Assembly (NCBI GenBank): GCA_963828125.1
Contig: CAWHDP010000002.1
Location: 1,847,165-1,911,164, forward strand
Origin: an uncultured Chlamydiae bacterium
Lineage (GTDB): Bacteria; Chlamydiota; Chlamydiia; Chlamydiales; SM23-39
Direction: 5' to 3'
DNA length: 64,000 bases
Shown: positions 18,572 to 28,527 of the stretch, piece by piece
Position numbering within the stretch: position 1 is the stretch's first letter
How the letters are laid out: each line of letters starts with the position of its first letter
The notes under the pieces: model-generated
Told to the model about the DNA's origin: nothing
Seen by the model: only the letters and a program-made list of their open reading frames with translations
Databases searched by the model: none
Position numbers and translations under genes: made by a program

Positions 18572-20050
18572 ATGTCTTATTTAAAACAATATTTTTCCAA
18601 AGTTCCCGAAAAAAATCGCTCTGCCGCTGCGATCGCGTTTGCCGCGTCGCTCGACGCCGTGGGTGCGGCGTCTCCGAAAATTGCCGCCAGCATCGTCAGT
18701 GAATTAAAGGACCAACGGTCTCATCTTAAATTGATTGCGTCTGAAAATTTTTCTTCCCTGCCGGTTCAATTGGCGATGGGGAATTTGTTGACCGACAAAT
18801 ACAGCGAAGGGTACGTGGGTCACCGATTTTACGCCGGGTGTGAAAATGTGGATGCGATTGAAGGGGCGGCGGTTGATTGGGCTAAAAAAATATTTGGCGC
18901 AGAGCACGCCTATGTGCAGCCCCATTCGGGCGCCGATGCGAATTTGGTCGCTTTTTGGGCTATTTTGGTGCAGAGGATCCAGTCGAGAGAGGTCGAAAGG
19001 CTCGGAAAGAAAACGGTCGATGAACTGACCCCGGAGGAGTATGAGGAGGTCCGGAAGCTCTTGGTGAGTCAGAAAATCATGGGGATGTCTCTCGGCTCGG
19101 GAGGGCACCTGACCCATGGCTATAGGCACAATATTTCGGCCAAGATCTTTCAGGCGGCAGCTTATGAAGTGGACGAGAAGAGCGGATGGATCGATTATGC
19201 GGCGCTCCAAAGACAAGCGCTTAGAGAAAAACCGCTGATTTTGATTGCCGGATACTCGGCCTATCCGCGGCTGATCGATTTTGCCAAAATGCGCGAAATT
19301 GCAGATAGCGTCGGCGCAGTGTTGATGGTCGATATGGCCCATTTTGCAGGTCTCGTAGCGGGAAAAGTGATGAAGGGGAATTACGATCCGGTGCCGTTTG
19401 CCGATATTGTCACCTCGACGACTCATAAGACTCTGCGAGGGCCTCGCGGCGGATTGGTTCTTTGCAAAGAGGAGTTTCGCGAAACGGTCAATAAAGGATG
19501 TCCGATTGTGCTTGGAGGTCCGTTGCCGCACGTGATGGCTGCAAAAGCTGTCGCTTTTGAGGAGGCGGCCCAGCCAGAGTTCAGCCGTTATGCCCATCAG
19601 ATTGTGGAGAACGCCCGAGCCCTTGCTGAAGCTCTGAAAGGGTTCGGCATCGAGCTCCTTACCGGCGGCACAGACAACCACTTGCTTGTCATGAATGTGG
19701 CCAAGAGCTTCCAACTCACTGGACGGCAGGCTGAGACGGTTCTTCGCGAGGCGCGCCTCACGGTCAGTCGAAACGCGATCCCAAGAGACGTCAACGGCGC
19801 GTGGTATACGTCAGGCGTCCGGATTGGAACCCCTGCAATAACCACATTGGGGATGACGCAGGTTCACATGAGGGAAATCGCCTCAATCCTCTATGAATTG
19901 CTCCGGTCGGCCCGGCCTGGAATAGACGAAAAAACGGGAGGGGCCTCCCGCGCCAAGACGCATGTGCCTCCTGAGGCTATGCGGAGGGCTCAGGAGAGGG
20001 TCGCGGAACTATTGTGCGCATTTCCTCTCTACCCCGAATTGGTTGTGTAA
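18572..20050 (+). CDS. glyA: Serine hydroxymethyltransferase
   Basis: LIASEN, KYSEGY, QPHSGADAN, GGHLTHG, TSTTHKTLRGPRGG, SGVRIGT; AGGAG SD before 18572. Confidence 0.97.
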   Translation: MSYLKQYFSKVPEKNRSAAAIAFAASLDAVGAASPKIAASIVSELKDQRSHLKLIASENFSSLPVQLAMGNLLTDKYSEGYVGHRFYAGCENVDAIEGAAVDWAKKIFGAEHAYVQPHSGADANLVAFWAILVQRIQSREVERLGKKTVDELTPEEYEEVRKLLVSQKIMGMSLGSGGHLTHGYRHNISAKIFQAAAYEVDEKSGWIDYAALQRQALREKPLILIAGYSAYPRLIDFAKMREIADSVGAVLMVDMAHFAGLVAGKVMKGNYDPVPFADIVTSTTHKTLRGPRGGLVLCKEEFRETVNKGCPIVLGGPLPHVMAAKAVAFEEAAQPEFSRYAHQIVENARALAEALKGFGIELLTGGTDNHLLVMNVAKSFQLTGRQAETVLREARLTVSRNAIPRDVNGAWYTSGVRIGTPAITTLGMTQVHMREIASILYELLRSARPGIDEKTGGASRAKTHVPPEAMRRAQERVAELLCAFPLYPELVV

Positions 20051-20112
20051 CGCAAAGTTTAGTTGATGAAAAAGGTCTGAGTGACAGGTGCGAAAGGTGC
20101 AGAGGCCGATAA

Positions 20113-20262
20113 TTAGCCTTCTGCAATAGCTTCTTCAACGCCACGTCCTTTTTGAATTAACCGGCCGAAAAAATCTACAGCTGTCTCTTGAATCCTAATA
20201 TCGCTGCTAGTGATTCCCCGTTTTGCGATGACGATAGCCGCTTCAAAGCCGTATCCTTCATC
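20113..20262 (-). pseudogene. Start-less fragment of a helical (HEAT-like) repeat protein
   Basis: The stop-to-stop frame gives DEGYGFEAAIVIAKRGITSSDIRIQETAVDFFGRLIQKGRGVEEAIAEG; the motif GxG[FV]ExAI occurs twice, 36 aa apart. Confidence 0.5.
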
Positions 20263-20473
20263 CTACTCATCATGCCACGTGTGATCATGCAGATCCTGTT
20301 CCTTTTTGAGGACACAAGCCGCTGTGCGCGGCTAAAGGATTCCAATCATGCTCACTTTATTAAGTAACTGAAGATAGGTTCATTGCTTAATTATTATTTT
20401 GCGCAAGATACTGTCGTGTTTTGACAGTATCTTGATGAGATTGGCCATTATGTTGTTTTTAAGCTATCAACGT

Positions 20474-21142
20474 TCATTTTTTGGCATTGACGATCTGATC
20501 GTGGGCCTCTTTAACGATTCGGAACGCCGCTGTAGCTGCTTTGCAATCCTCTTCCGACACTTTATCCGGGTGCAGTGCGCGAGCCAGTTTCTTGTAACGC
20601 TGCCTAACTTCGTCTACCGATGCATTGTTCTCTAAACCGAGATGGGAATAGGGATCCTTTTCCACCGGTTCCTTGGATCCTGCGGGTAAATGCTTTTTGA
20701 TGAAATTAAACTCTGCCGCGAATGGAGAACTTTCTTGTTCTACATTGACTTTGGGTGGCAGGGGCGCTGCGGAAGGAGGTGTATTCTGGGGTTGCGCTTT
20801 GGGTTTAGGGACTGTAAAATAGGATCTATTTTTAAACGCCTGGTTTGTCTTCCACTCTGTGGGGATCGGTTTGTGTTTCCATGTGAAAACGGGCGGCTGC
20901 TTGGGGAGATAATTATGGATATAGGGTTGGTTTGGGATCGATGGCCGCGAGGATTGCTCTGCGGCGAGCAAAACCCAAGGGAGGAGTTCCGCCATTAAAT
21001 GATACATCATCAATTGCCGGATGGCATATTGTTGGACGAAGCGAGCCTTGTGTATGAATGCTGGATCTAAGCGGTAGCCGCCCTTCAAATCATTGTAGCC
21101 AAAATGGCCTGGCGTTTGGATGTTGTAGATAAAAGTACACAT
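20474..21142 (-). CDS. C-terminal J-domain protein
   Basis: DPYSHLGL...YKKLARALHPDK...F J-domain with HPD; Pro-rich linker upstream. Confidence 0.82.
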   Translation of the reverse strand: MCTFIYNIQTPGHFGYNDLKGGYRLDPAFIHKARFVQQYAIRQLMMYHLMAELLPWVLLAAEQSSRPSIPNQPYIHNYLPKQPPVFTWKHKPIPTEWKTNQAFKNRSYFTVPKPKAQPQNTPPSAAPLPPKVNVEQESSPFAAEFNFIKKHLPAGSKEPVEKDPYSHLGLENNASVDEVRQRYKKLARALHPDKVSEEDCKAATAAFRIVKEAHDQIVNAKK

Positions 21143-21498
21143 ATACTGCCTCTGTAATTTTTTAATAATTCGTAATACACATTGCTATGTTTGTGGTTTA
21201 TATTGTATCACAAAGTTAGTCTTTCTTAAAAGAAGTTGTACTAATTTTGTAATTAAAATTTTTAACTGCATAAAAATGAATGCGTTGCGCGTTTCCGGAA
21301 AACCTATCCGTAAAATGACACAAACTGGTTTCAAGCTCTCAAGGCTACTCCATGCCAGAGATTTTGTATAGCTAAAAGTCTAGACTGGGATTTGTCTATG
21401 AAAAACTAGGCCAATCCCAATGTTTTTATTGAAAATCGTAGGTTCGTAGTCGACTAAAAATCGGTCACTTGTGAAAATGGGATAAAAGGGAGTGGATT

Positions 21499-22101
21499 AT
21501 GCCAGACGGTGAACGGGAAGAAAAACCGAAATTCGTAAACGACAAGCTAGATCAGGCTCTTCTGGAGAAGCGGCGGATTTTTCTCTCCGACGCCGTTGAT
21601 TCGGAGAGTGCAAAGGACATCATTCGGAAGCTTTGGTATCTCGATCATCAGGCTCCGGGCAAATCGATCCTCTTTATCATCAATTCGCCAGGCGGTTCGG
21701 TCGATTCGGGTTTTGCTATCTGGGATCAGGTCAAGCTCCTCTCCTCGCCTGTCATTACTTTAGTGACGGGGCTAGCTGCATCAATGGGGTCGCTGCTCAG
21801 TCTTGTTTCTGGCAAGGGAAAGAGGTTGGCTACAACCAATTCTCGGATCATGATCCACCAGCCGCTCATCGGCGGAGTGATCCGGGGGCAGGCGACCGAT
21901 CTGGAAATCCAAGCGCGCGAGATGCTGAAAACGAGGGCTCAAATCGTCGATATCTATGTCGAGGCGACGGGCAAAGATCGGAAAACCATCGAGAAAGCGA
22001 TCGATAGAGACAACTGGATGTCTGCCGAGGAAGCGCTCCACTTCGGACTTCTCGACAAAGTGGTCACTTCAATGAAAGACGTAGACGCTGTCCTCCGTTA
22101 G
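21499..22101 (+). CDS. clpP: ATP-dependent Clp protease proteolytic subunit (ClpP1 type)
   Basis: [16 protein letters not shown] (catalytic Ser), [17 protein letters not shown]. Confidence 0.96.
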   Translation: MPDGEREEKPKFVNDKLDQALLEKRRIFLSDAVDSESAKDIIRKLWYLDHQAPGKSILFIINSPGGSVDSGFAIWDQVKLLSSPVITLVTGLAASMGSLLSLVSGKGKRLATTNSRIMIHQPLIGGVIRGQATDLEIQAREMLKTRAQIVDIYVEATGKDRKTIEKAIDRDNWMSAEEALHFGLLDKVVTSMKDVDAVLR

Positions 22102-22125
22102 GGGTCGTCCCCTCCCGAACTCGAG

Positions 22126-22299
22126 CTAGAGGGGATCTTGCTTGAAATATACTTGGTAGATCTGGATTAGGCTAGGACGGGGTTCTGGCATGCGTTGGCA
22201 TGCGTCCCAGTAGTTCTTGAAACCGGGGTTCTGATTGAGGGCCTCTTGTGCTTTTTTGTCTTCCTCTGCAGTGCTGTACCATTTGTTGACATGACGCAA
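22126..22299 (-). CDS. Possible small protein (57 aa, TTG start; alternative 41-aa ATG frame 22167-22292)
   Basis: Below the ORF-track cutoff. Upstream are a minus-strand TTTACA-N17-AATAAT promoter-like element and an AAGGGGG SD-like run. Confidence 0.35.
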   Translation of the reverse strand: MRHVNKWYSTAEEDKKAQEALNQNPGFKNYWDACQRMPEPRPSLIQIYQVYFKQDPL

Positions 22300-22436
22300 C
22301 CCCCTTTTTTGTACCTTTAATTATTTAGATCGGGCTCATTTATGTAAAGGGGGGCTCGCGCTTGCATAGACAGGAAACGGCGCCGGCTGTAGAATGAGGG
22401 GAAGGCTCATATTAAAATGGGTCTGGTTTTTCGCTT

Positions 22437-25400
22437 ATGGATCGTCAACCTGAATATGTTCAAGAGTATAAGCTCCAAGCCGGGGAACTCCTGCAGTCGG
22501 GGGCCGTCGGAGAGCCGATCTTTTCCAGAGGGACTTATCAATTCGAAGTGCAGGAAAAGGGGAAAAAAAAGGCGTTTCCGTTCATTCAGATGAAGGATGA
22601 TGGGGAGCTGACCGACTCTTTCTGTAGCTGTAAGGTATCTGAGGCGGGGAGGGGCTGTCCTCATTTGGCTGCCGGTTATTTACGCATTTTCAATGGAACA
22701 AACGAGCCGCTTCATGTCCGTTTCCGAAGATCGCTCTGGAGCCGTCTATTCCAGATGGCGAGTCGGCGGCATGGGTATAGCGCGGACGTGTTGATGGGGG
22801 GGAGAGAGGGGATTTATACTTGTGAGTCGAAGACGAAAAAACCCCTTTTCTCCATTGAGGCGGTGAGTGCAAAAGCAAAAAAAAAGTTGGCTGCGATCGT
22901 CTCAGAGCGTCCCGTTGAGACGGAGGAGACCTCAATCAAGTTTTCCAATCTCCCTGCGGAGGAGATCGCGGCCTATCGAACGGGTCGTCCCAGCCACACT
23001 CTCCGATTCGAGCTCTCTTTTTGGTCCGATTTAGCTAAATGGCTGATGGTTTTAGAGGAGGCGCAAGAGCCTTATGAGATCGGTTTTGACGGGGCGCCGC
23101 TGCCCAATCAGATCACATTGAAATTTCCAGGGCTCGGGATCTGGTTTTATATTTCCGATGTGAACTGGCCCTGGATTATTCCGGCCCTTTCGACAGTGAA
23201 CGCTCCTCTTAAAGTATTTGATACCGAGGATGAATCGATTGAGAGGATCGAATATGATGAAAAAGAGCGGTGTTTCCATATTCATCATAAGGGGGATAAG
23301 CCGGTAGGGGAGAGCGATTTTGCCGGGATTCCGATCGGCGATTGGTTCTATGTTGAGGGGCGTGGGTTTTATCGGCGGAGGTACGATCCGATTTTAGCTG
23401 AGGATCGGATCCCAGCCGATCGGATTGCAAGTATTTTAAATCAGTCGGCCAAAACGCTCGCCCCTTTTCTCTCTATTTTCCCTGAGAAGAGGCCCTGCAA
23501 ATACGTCCTCCGATTCGATCCTCAAGGGAATTTGCATATCGAACTTTACGTATTGGAGCCGGGCGATTTGCGATCGGAGAGGGCCAGTTGTTTTGTCCCA
23601 TGGGCGTATGTGCCGGACCTGGGCTTTTACCTCCTTGAGGATTGGCTCTTTGAGGGGCAAGAAAAAATCGTCCCGAAGGCCGAGGTGGCCGATTTTGTCA
23701 ATCGACACCGTTTATGGCTTCATAATTTTCCCGGATTCCAAACCCATCTCGGGAGTTTGGAATCCCATCTGATTTACCATCTCAGCTCAGAGGATGAGCT
23801 CTCTTTTGATGCTGAGCTGAATTTTCCAGAGGACTATGAAGAGACTCATCATTTCGACGAATGGGTCTACATCAAAGGGCAAGGCTTTTATATGAAAAAA
23901 GAGGCTCGGGGGCGTTTGCCGCTTCATCCCGGACTCAAAGTGCTTAAGGAAGACATTTCTCCTTTTATCACCGCTCATAAAGAAGAATTGGAGCAGATCC
24001 AAAAATTTTACAGCGCCGATTTGCCGATTTTAAAGACGGGGCTCCATATCACGTTGAATGAGCAAGGTCTCATCTCAATCGTTCCTAAAATGGAATATGC
24101 GCCAGGGGTCGATCCTTCCTTGTTGAAACGGTTTGGCGACTACGTATACAGGGAGGGGAAGGGGTTTGCCGAAATTCCTCTTGCGGCCCGCCTCCCTGAA
24201 AGATATCAGCGTCCGTTGACGATTGCGGAGCCGCAAGAGTCGGCCTTTTTGGCCTACGAAATGGAGCCGCTAAAGCCCTATATTATCGAGATCGATCCGC
24301 GGCTTGTGGAACCGGTTGATTTGAAGTTGACCATCAGGAAAATTACGCAGAGTAAAAAAAGGAAGGGGCAGGAGTGGCTTCTCGATCTCGTCTATGCAGC
24401 CGAGACGGGCGCGATCGATATCTTTTCGATTTGGGACGCATTCCAAGAGAAAAAACGGCATCTGTTTTCTTCGGCAGGACTCCTTTATTTAAAAGAGCCC
24501 CGCTTCAATTGGATTCGGCAGCTCCCTGCCAAGCGGATCGATCGGAAAAAGGGGCTCATCCGGCTCAATACTTTAGAATGGATCCGATTGACTGTCTTTG
24601 AGTCGATCGAGGCGCCAGCGGATCCCGAGACGAGACAGCTCATCGAGGAGCTGAATCGATTTGAGAGCAACCGGCTTCCCGATATTTCACGGCTGAAAGC
24701 GACGCTCCGCCCGTATCAAGAGCAGGGGGTCAGTTGGTTGTGGTTTCTTTATTGCCATGGACTCTCAGGGCTTCTTTGCGACGATATGGGGCTTGGAAAA
24801 ACCCACCAGACGATGGCCCTGTTGGCGGCCGTGATCCATGAAGATGAAGAAAAAAATAACAAATATCTCGTCGTTTGCCCCACCTCGGTGATCTACCACT
24901 GGCAGCAGCTCCTGAAGCGCTTTCTCCCCGACCTCCGCGTCTGCACCTACTACGGGCTAGAGAGGACTTTGGAAGATTTTGACACAAATTACGATCTCAT
25001 CCTTACCTCCTACGGCATTTTGCGCTCCGGACGGGAAAATTTGAGGGAATATTCTTTTGAAGTGGTGATCTTCGATGAGATCCAGATCGCCAAGAACCAT
25101 GCGTCGCAGACCCACAAGGCTCTCCGTTCGTTGAAGGCCCAGATGCGCCTTGGCCTCACCGGAACGCCCATTGAAAACCGGCTCCGCGAGCTCAAATCGC
25201 TCATCGACGTCGTCCTCCCCGCTTACATGCCGGTTGACGCCGTTTTCCGCGACATCTTCATCAATCCAATCGAAAAGAGCTCCGATGCGGAAAAAAAAGT
25301 ATTGCTCGGCAAGTTGGTTAAGCCGTTTATTTTAAGGAGAAAAAAGAGCGAGGTGCTCACCGACTTGCCCGAAAAGATCGAGGAGATCGCCTATTGTGAT

Positions 25401-26132
25401 TTGAGTCCCGAGCAAAAAACGCTCTACAAAGAGGTTGCGTTTAAAATGCGCGACACAGTCTACCAAGATTTGAAAGACAACACGAAGCCGGTGCCCCTAG
25501 TCCACGTCTTTTCCGCGCTATCGACGTTAAAGCAAATTTGCGATCATCCGGCGCTCCTTTTAAAAGATCCAAAAAATTATCAGTCTCACCATTCAGGCAA
25601 GTGGGATCTTTTCGTCGAACTCCTGAATGAGGCGCGTGACAGCGGCCAAAAAGTGGTGATTTTTTCGCAATATCTCGAAATGCTCGCGATCATCGAGGCC
25701 CACTTGAAAAAAAAAGGGATCGGCTTTGCGACGATCAAAGGATCGACTCGCGACCGGCCTGAGCAGCTCCGCCGTTTCCGCGAAGATCCGGGCTGCGAAG
25801 TGTTCGTCGCCTCCCTTTTGGCTGCAGGCGTCGGGATCGATCTAACGGTCGCCTCGATTGTGATCCACTATGACCGGTGGTGGAATCCAGCGAAAGAAAA
25901 CCAGGCGACCGACAGGGTTCACCGGATTGGACAAAATCGGGGCGTCCAGGTATTCAAACTCGTGACGAAACACTCCATCGAGGAGCACATTCACGAAATG
26001 ATCGAGCGGAAAAAGGGGCTCTTGGAGGATATTATTGGCCAGGAAGATCAAATTAATTATTTGTCGAGGGACGAACTTCTCCAGGTTTTTGAGATCATGT
26101 TCAGCGAAATCAACGCTGAAGGGAGGCAATAA
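22437..26132 (+). CDS. SWIM zinc-finger SNF2-family helicase
   Basis: CSC...CPH SWIM motif, LRPYQ, CDDMGLGKT, FDEIQ, LTGTPIEN, QATDRVHRIGQ. Confidence 0.93.
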   Translation: MDRQPEYVQEYKLQAGELLQSGAVGEPIFSRGTYQFEVQEKGKKKAFPFIQMKDDGELTDSFCSCKVSEAGRGCPHLAAGYLRIFNGTNEPLHVRFRRSLWSRLFQMASRRHGYSADVLMGGREGIYTCESKTKKPLFSIEAVSAKAKKKLAAIVSERPVETEETSIKFSNLPAEEIAAYRTGRPSHTLRFELSFWSDLAKWLMVLEEAQEPYEIGFDGAPLPNQITLKFPGLGIWFYISDVNWPWIIPALSTVNAPLKVFDTEDESIERIEYDEKERCFHIHHKGDKPVGESDFAGIPIGDWFYVEGRGFYRRRYDPILAEDRIPADRIASILNQSAKTLAPFLSIFPEKRPCKYVLRFDPQGNLHIELYVLEPGDLRSERASCFVPWAYVPDLGFYLLEDWLFEGQEKIVPKAEVADFVNRHRLWLHNFPGFQTHLGSLESHLIYHLSSEDELSFDAELNFPEDYEETHHFDEWVYIKGQGFYMKKEARGRLPLHPGLKVLKEDISPFITAHKEELEQIQKFYSADLPILKTGLHITLNEQGLISIVPKMEYAPGVDPSLLKRFGDYVYREGKGFAEIPLAARLPERYQRPLTIAEPQESAFLAYEMEPLKPYIIEIDPRLVEPVDLKLTIRKITQSKKRKGQEWLLDLVYAAETGAIDIFSIWDAFQEKKRHLFSSAGLLYLKEPRFNWIRQLPAKRIDRKKGLIRLNTLEWIRLTVFESIEAPADPETRQLIEELNRFESNRLPDISRLKATLRPYQEQGVSWLWFLYCHGLSGLLCDDMGLGKTHQTMALLAAVIHEDEEKNNKYLVVCPTSVIYHWQQLLKRFLPDLRVCTYYGLERTLEDFDTNYDLILTSYGILRSGRENLREYSFEVVIFDEIQIAKNHASQTHKALRSLKAQMRLGLTGTPIENRLRELKSLIDVVLPAYMPVDAVFRDIFINPIEKSSDAEKKVLLGKLVKPFILRRKKSEVLTDLPEKIEEIAYCDLSPEQKTLYKEVAFKMRDTVYQDLKDNTKPVPLVHVFSALSTLKQICDHPALLLKDPKNYQSHHSGKWDLFVELLNEARDSGQKVVIFSQYLEMLAIIEAHLKKKGIGFATIKGSTRDRPEQLRRFREDPGCEVFVASLLAAGVGIDLTVASIVIHYDRWWNPAKENQATDRVHRIGQNRGVQVFKLVTKHSIEEHIHEMIERKKGLLEDIIGQEDQINYLSRDELLQVFEIMFSEINAEGRQ

Positions 26133-26271
26133 TCCCGAAATGCGCATTCAATAATAAAAAATTTTCTACGAATTGCTCTTTAATTAGCGTTATTATAACA
26201 TAGAGGAAGGTGAATTATTTTAGTTTGATAGCTCCTAGTAATTTAATAACTTAAAAGATTGGAGTGTATAT

Positions 26272-26784
26272 ATGGGTAACATTAATCCGATAAGAAGAGG
26301 TTCGGGTGTTCCGGAATCTCGCAAAGCTGAAGGGGTCTGCCGCAGCGCAGCTACGGCTGCAAAGGTCAATAAAACGGTAGAATTGCCGGTCGTTCAGCAG
26401 GGAGGATTGCGAGATCGGCAATGGACGCCTTTAAAAGGGGCGCTTGATCTGTCCAAAAGTATTCGGAGAGACTGGAATCTGTTGCATCCCGAAGAGTTGG
26501 CTGAAAGGATCATTGATCTTGAGGCGAGGGTGGCGAGTCTAAAAGAACCGTCTCCCTTGGTCGATAAAGTCAAAAAACAGCTGGAGCATTTCCATTTTCG
26601 GTTTGTCTTCCCTGTTGCGCTGGAATTGGAGTCGCCAGGTAAAGCGATGCCTCCGACTTTTGCGAGTGAAACCCGCCGAGTGGCCAAACAACTTTTTCAG
26701 ACCCACTCGTTGCAGCCCTTTCATCAACTCAATTCGGTTCAGCAACGTGAGGTAATCCGCTTTGCCGAAGGGAGGGGTGCATGA
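26272..26784 (+). CDS. Hypothetical protein
   Basis: 170-aa ORF with GGAG SD and an AT-rich promoter region; ATGA overlap with the next gene. Confidence 0.7.
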   Translation: MGNINPIRRGSGVPESRKAEGVCRSAATAAKVNKTVELPVVQQGGLRDRQWTPLKGALDLSKSIRRDWNLLHPEELAERIIDLEARVASLKEPSPLVDKVKKQLEHFHFRFVFPVALELESPGKAMPPTFASETRRVAKQLFQTHSLQPFHQLNSVQQREVIRFAEGRGA

Positions 26785-27056
26785 GTCCAGAGATCCTTGC
26801 GCATGCAATGAAAGAATATGTAGAGGCGCTGAAGCATCAGGTGACAGTGGCTGAGGCGTTTTTTTTCGGCCGTCTTACAGAGGGGATGGAGGGATTGCTC
26901 CAGCTCCCTGAAGAGGTTCGGCTGAAGATCGATCAGCTCATTTGGGAGGCGGCGGCGGGGGCTACCCTAAATCCGACCGAAAAAGAGACTCAATCGCTGA
27001 TCGCTGCAGCTATTATGCACTCGGTCGAAGAGAGGATGGGAATGATGGAGGCATAA
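26781..27056 (+). CDS. Small acidic helical hypothetical protein
   Basis: 91 aa, strong GGAGG SD, translationally coupled to 26272-26784. Confidence 0.7.
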   Translation: MSPEILAHAMKEYVEALKHQVTVAEAFFFGRLTEGMEGLLQLPEEVRLKIDQLIWEAAAGATLNPTEKETQSLIAAAIMHSVEERMGMMEA

Positions 27057-27128
27057 CCGGAGTTCGACTGCCTCTCACGTAGAGAAAACATTGGATTTTT
27101 ATGAGCTGATGTGGATACCATGTTCCTC

Positions 27129-27206
27129 TTTAACTGGACACTGGCCATTTCTCAGCGCTGCGGGCTAGAGTGCGCAGCGCTGAGAAATGGCCAGTGTCTA
27201 GTTAAA
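27129..27206. repeat. Long palindrome / MITE-like element (family A)
   Basis: 34-bp arms (27129-27162 and 27173-27206) with one mismatch and a 10-nt spacer. Related half-copies at 48461-48487 (25/27) and 2059-2073 (14/15, reverse). Confidence 0.9.
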
Positions 27207-27252
27207 TTTAATGATTCTTACGCAAGGCGTGGTATCGGGATGGGGGTTTTTT

Positions 27253-27933
27253 ATGATACATAGTGTTTCTGATTGTTCTTACAGTCATCTTTTAACTCTG
27301 TCGGATCAGTACCAGCCTCAGGCAGAAGTGGCGATGCTCTCGGAGCTGGGCGATGATCTTTGTGCGGATGGTATAGACCGAATCCTTACATCTTCCTATC
27401 GGGCGCTCACAGAGCTGCCTCTTCTCGATCTGATAGGAAGCTATCCGCCGTCCCCCAAGGATTCTATCAACCTAGTCGAAGAGGCGGCAGATTTCAAAAC
27501 CTTCTCAGAGATCCCAGCAGATACGGCCTCGCTGTTACAGCCACCGGCTCCTCAGGGCTGCTTGTCACGTGAGCAACTTGTCCATGAGGCCATTCGGCTT
27601 GTTCTTAGTTCAGCCCCCTCTTCCGTCCAGCCAAGGGACGAGTTGACTGGATGCGACCCTCTTACAGGCGGAAGGGGTCAATTTACCACCTTAGACCAGG
27701 TTCACAAATGGTTATGCACGTTAACACAGGGGAATCAAATTTATTATTATCCACAGTTTGGTGAACGTGAGCAGGTGACATTTATGGGGTACTATCAGTG
27801 TAAACAAGTTAAAGTTATGAATAACAAGCGAAGAACAGTGTGGCCGCAGATAACGGGAATTTCTCCATTATGCCATTACCAGCCTCTAAGAGGAGGAAAG
27901 CCAGGAAATAGATGGAATTATTCAAAAAACTAA
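27253..27933 (+). CDS. Hypothetical orphan protein
   Basis: About 226-aa ORF with a GGGGG SD before ATG 27253; acidic/Pro-rich N-half and basic C-half. Confidence 0.65.
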   Translation: MIHSVSDCSYSHLLTLSDQYQPQAEVAMLSELGDDLCADGIDRILTSSYRALTELPLLDLIGSYPPSPKDSINLVEEAADFKTFSEIPADTASLLQPPAPQGCLSREQLVHEAIRLVLSSAPSSVQPRDELTGCDPLTGGRGQFTTLDQVHKWLCTLTQGNQIYYYPQFGEREQVTFMGYYQCKQVKVMNNKRRTVWPQITGISPLCHYQPLRGGKPGNRWNYSKN

Positions 27934-27954
27934 GAGGCGAAAAGGTATCAGATC

Positions 27955-28527
27955 TTAATGTGACTTTGTCAAAATAAGCGGGTGGGTCTCGTTCCTTAAT
28001 AAATCGCCGAAATGGTAGCCGAACGACTTGAGGAAATGGGTCCACGGATCTTTGGGATTATGGATATAGACGGCGTTCGAGAGGGTAAATACAATGAGGA
28101 AGGCGTCAGAGGCGGCATGGGGCCAGTCGAGAATGAGGTCGGTGCGGAAAAAGAGGATGTTGGCCGGGCTTGAGGGGAGGGGGAGGATCCCAAGGGGAGA
28201 TCTCTTCGCGGGAAGGATCGGATGGGGAGCCATCATGGCTCCGAGTACAGATCCTTGAATACAAAACATCTCTTTCAACAGACACGGCCTCTCCGGCCGG
28301 TTTTCTTGGGTCATCCATTGGTCTAAACCGAGCCGGAGCCGTTTTTTCCCAGTCAATGTGAGGGCTGTTTGCCCCAGCGTCCGGATGATGAATTCCTTCA
28401 GTTCCCCATTTTGCCGCCATAGATCCCGATTGGGCGATTGGAGCGGCGTGGGATGGGGAATTTCAAACTCGATAAAGCCATTTTTGGTGAAAAAGGCCGC
28501 TTGTTGGGCTGAAATGGCCGTCCTCAT
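27955..28527 (-). CDS. CT296/DcrA-like protein (degenerate cupin/2OG-oxygenase fold)
   Basis: FFTKNGFIEFE...RDLWR...RLRLGLDQW pattern and position upstream-divergent of rnc, as for Chlamydia CT296. Confidence 0.7.
   Translation of the reverse strand: MRTAISAQQAAFFTKNGFIEFEIPHPTPLQSPNRDLWRQNGELKEFIIRTLGQTALTLTGKKRLRLGLDQWMTQENRPERPCLLKEMFCIQGSVLGAMMAPHPILPAKRSPLGILPLPSSPANILFFRTDLILDWPHAASDAFLIVFTLSNAVYIHNPKDPWTHFLKSFGYHFGDLLRNETHPLILTKSH

Noticed and set aside
15081-19714. Long antisense ORFs (for example 15081-16199 and 18704-19714; likewise 9592-10437, 42029-42724, 59097-59822)
   Set aside because: Codon-bias shadows of well-supported genes on the opposite strand.
27747-27755. Perfect DnaA box TTATCCACA
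   Set aside because: A single copy inside a CDS; compatible with chance.
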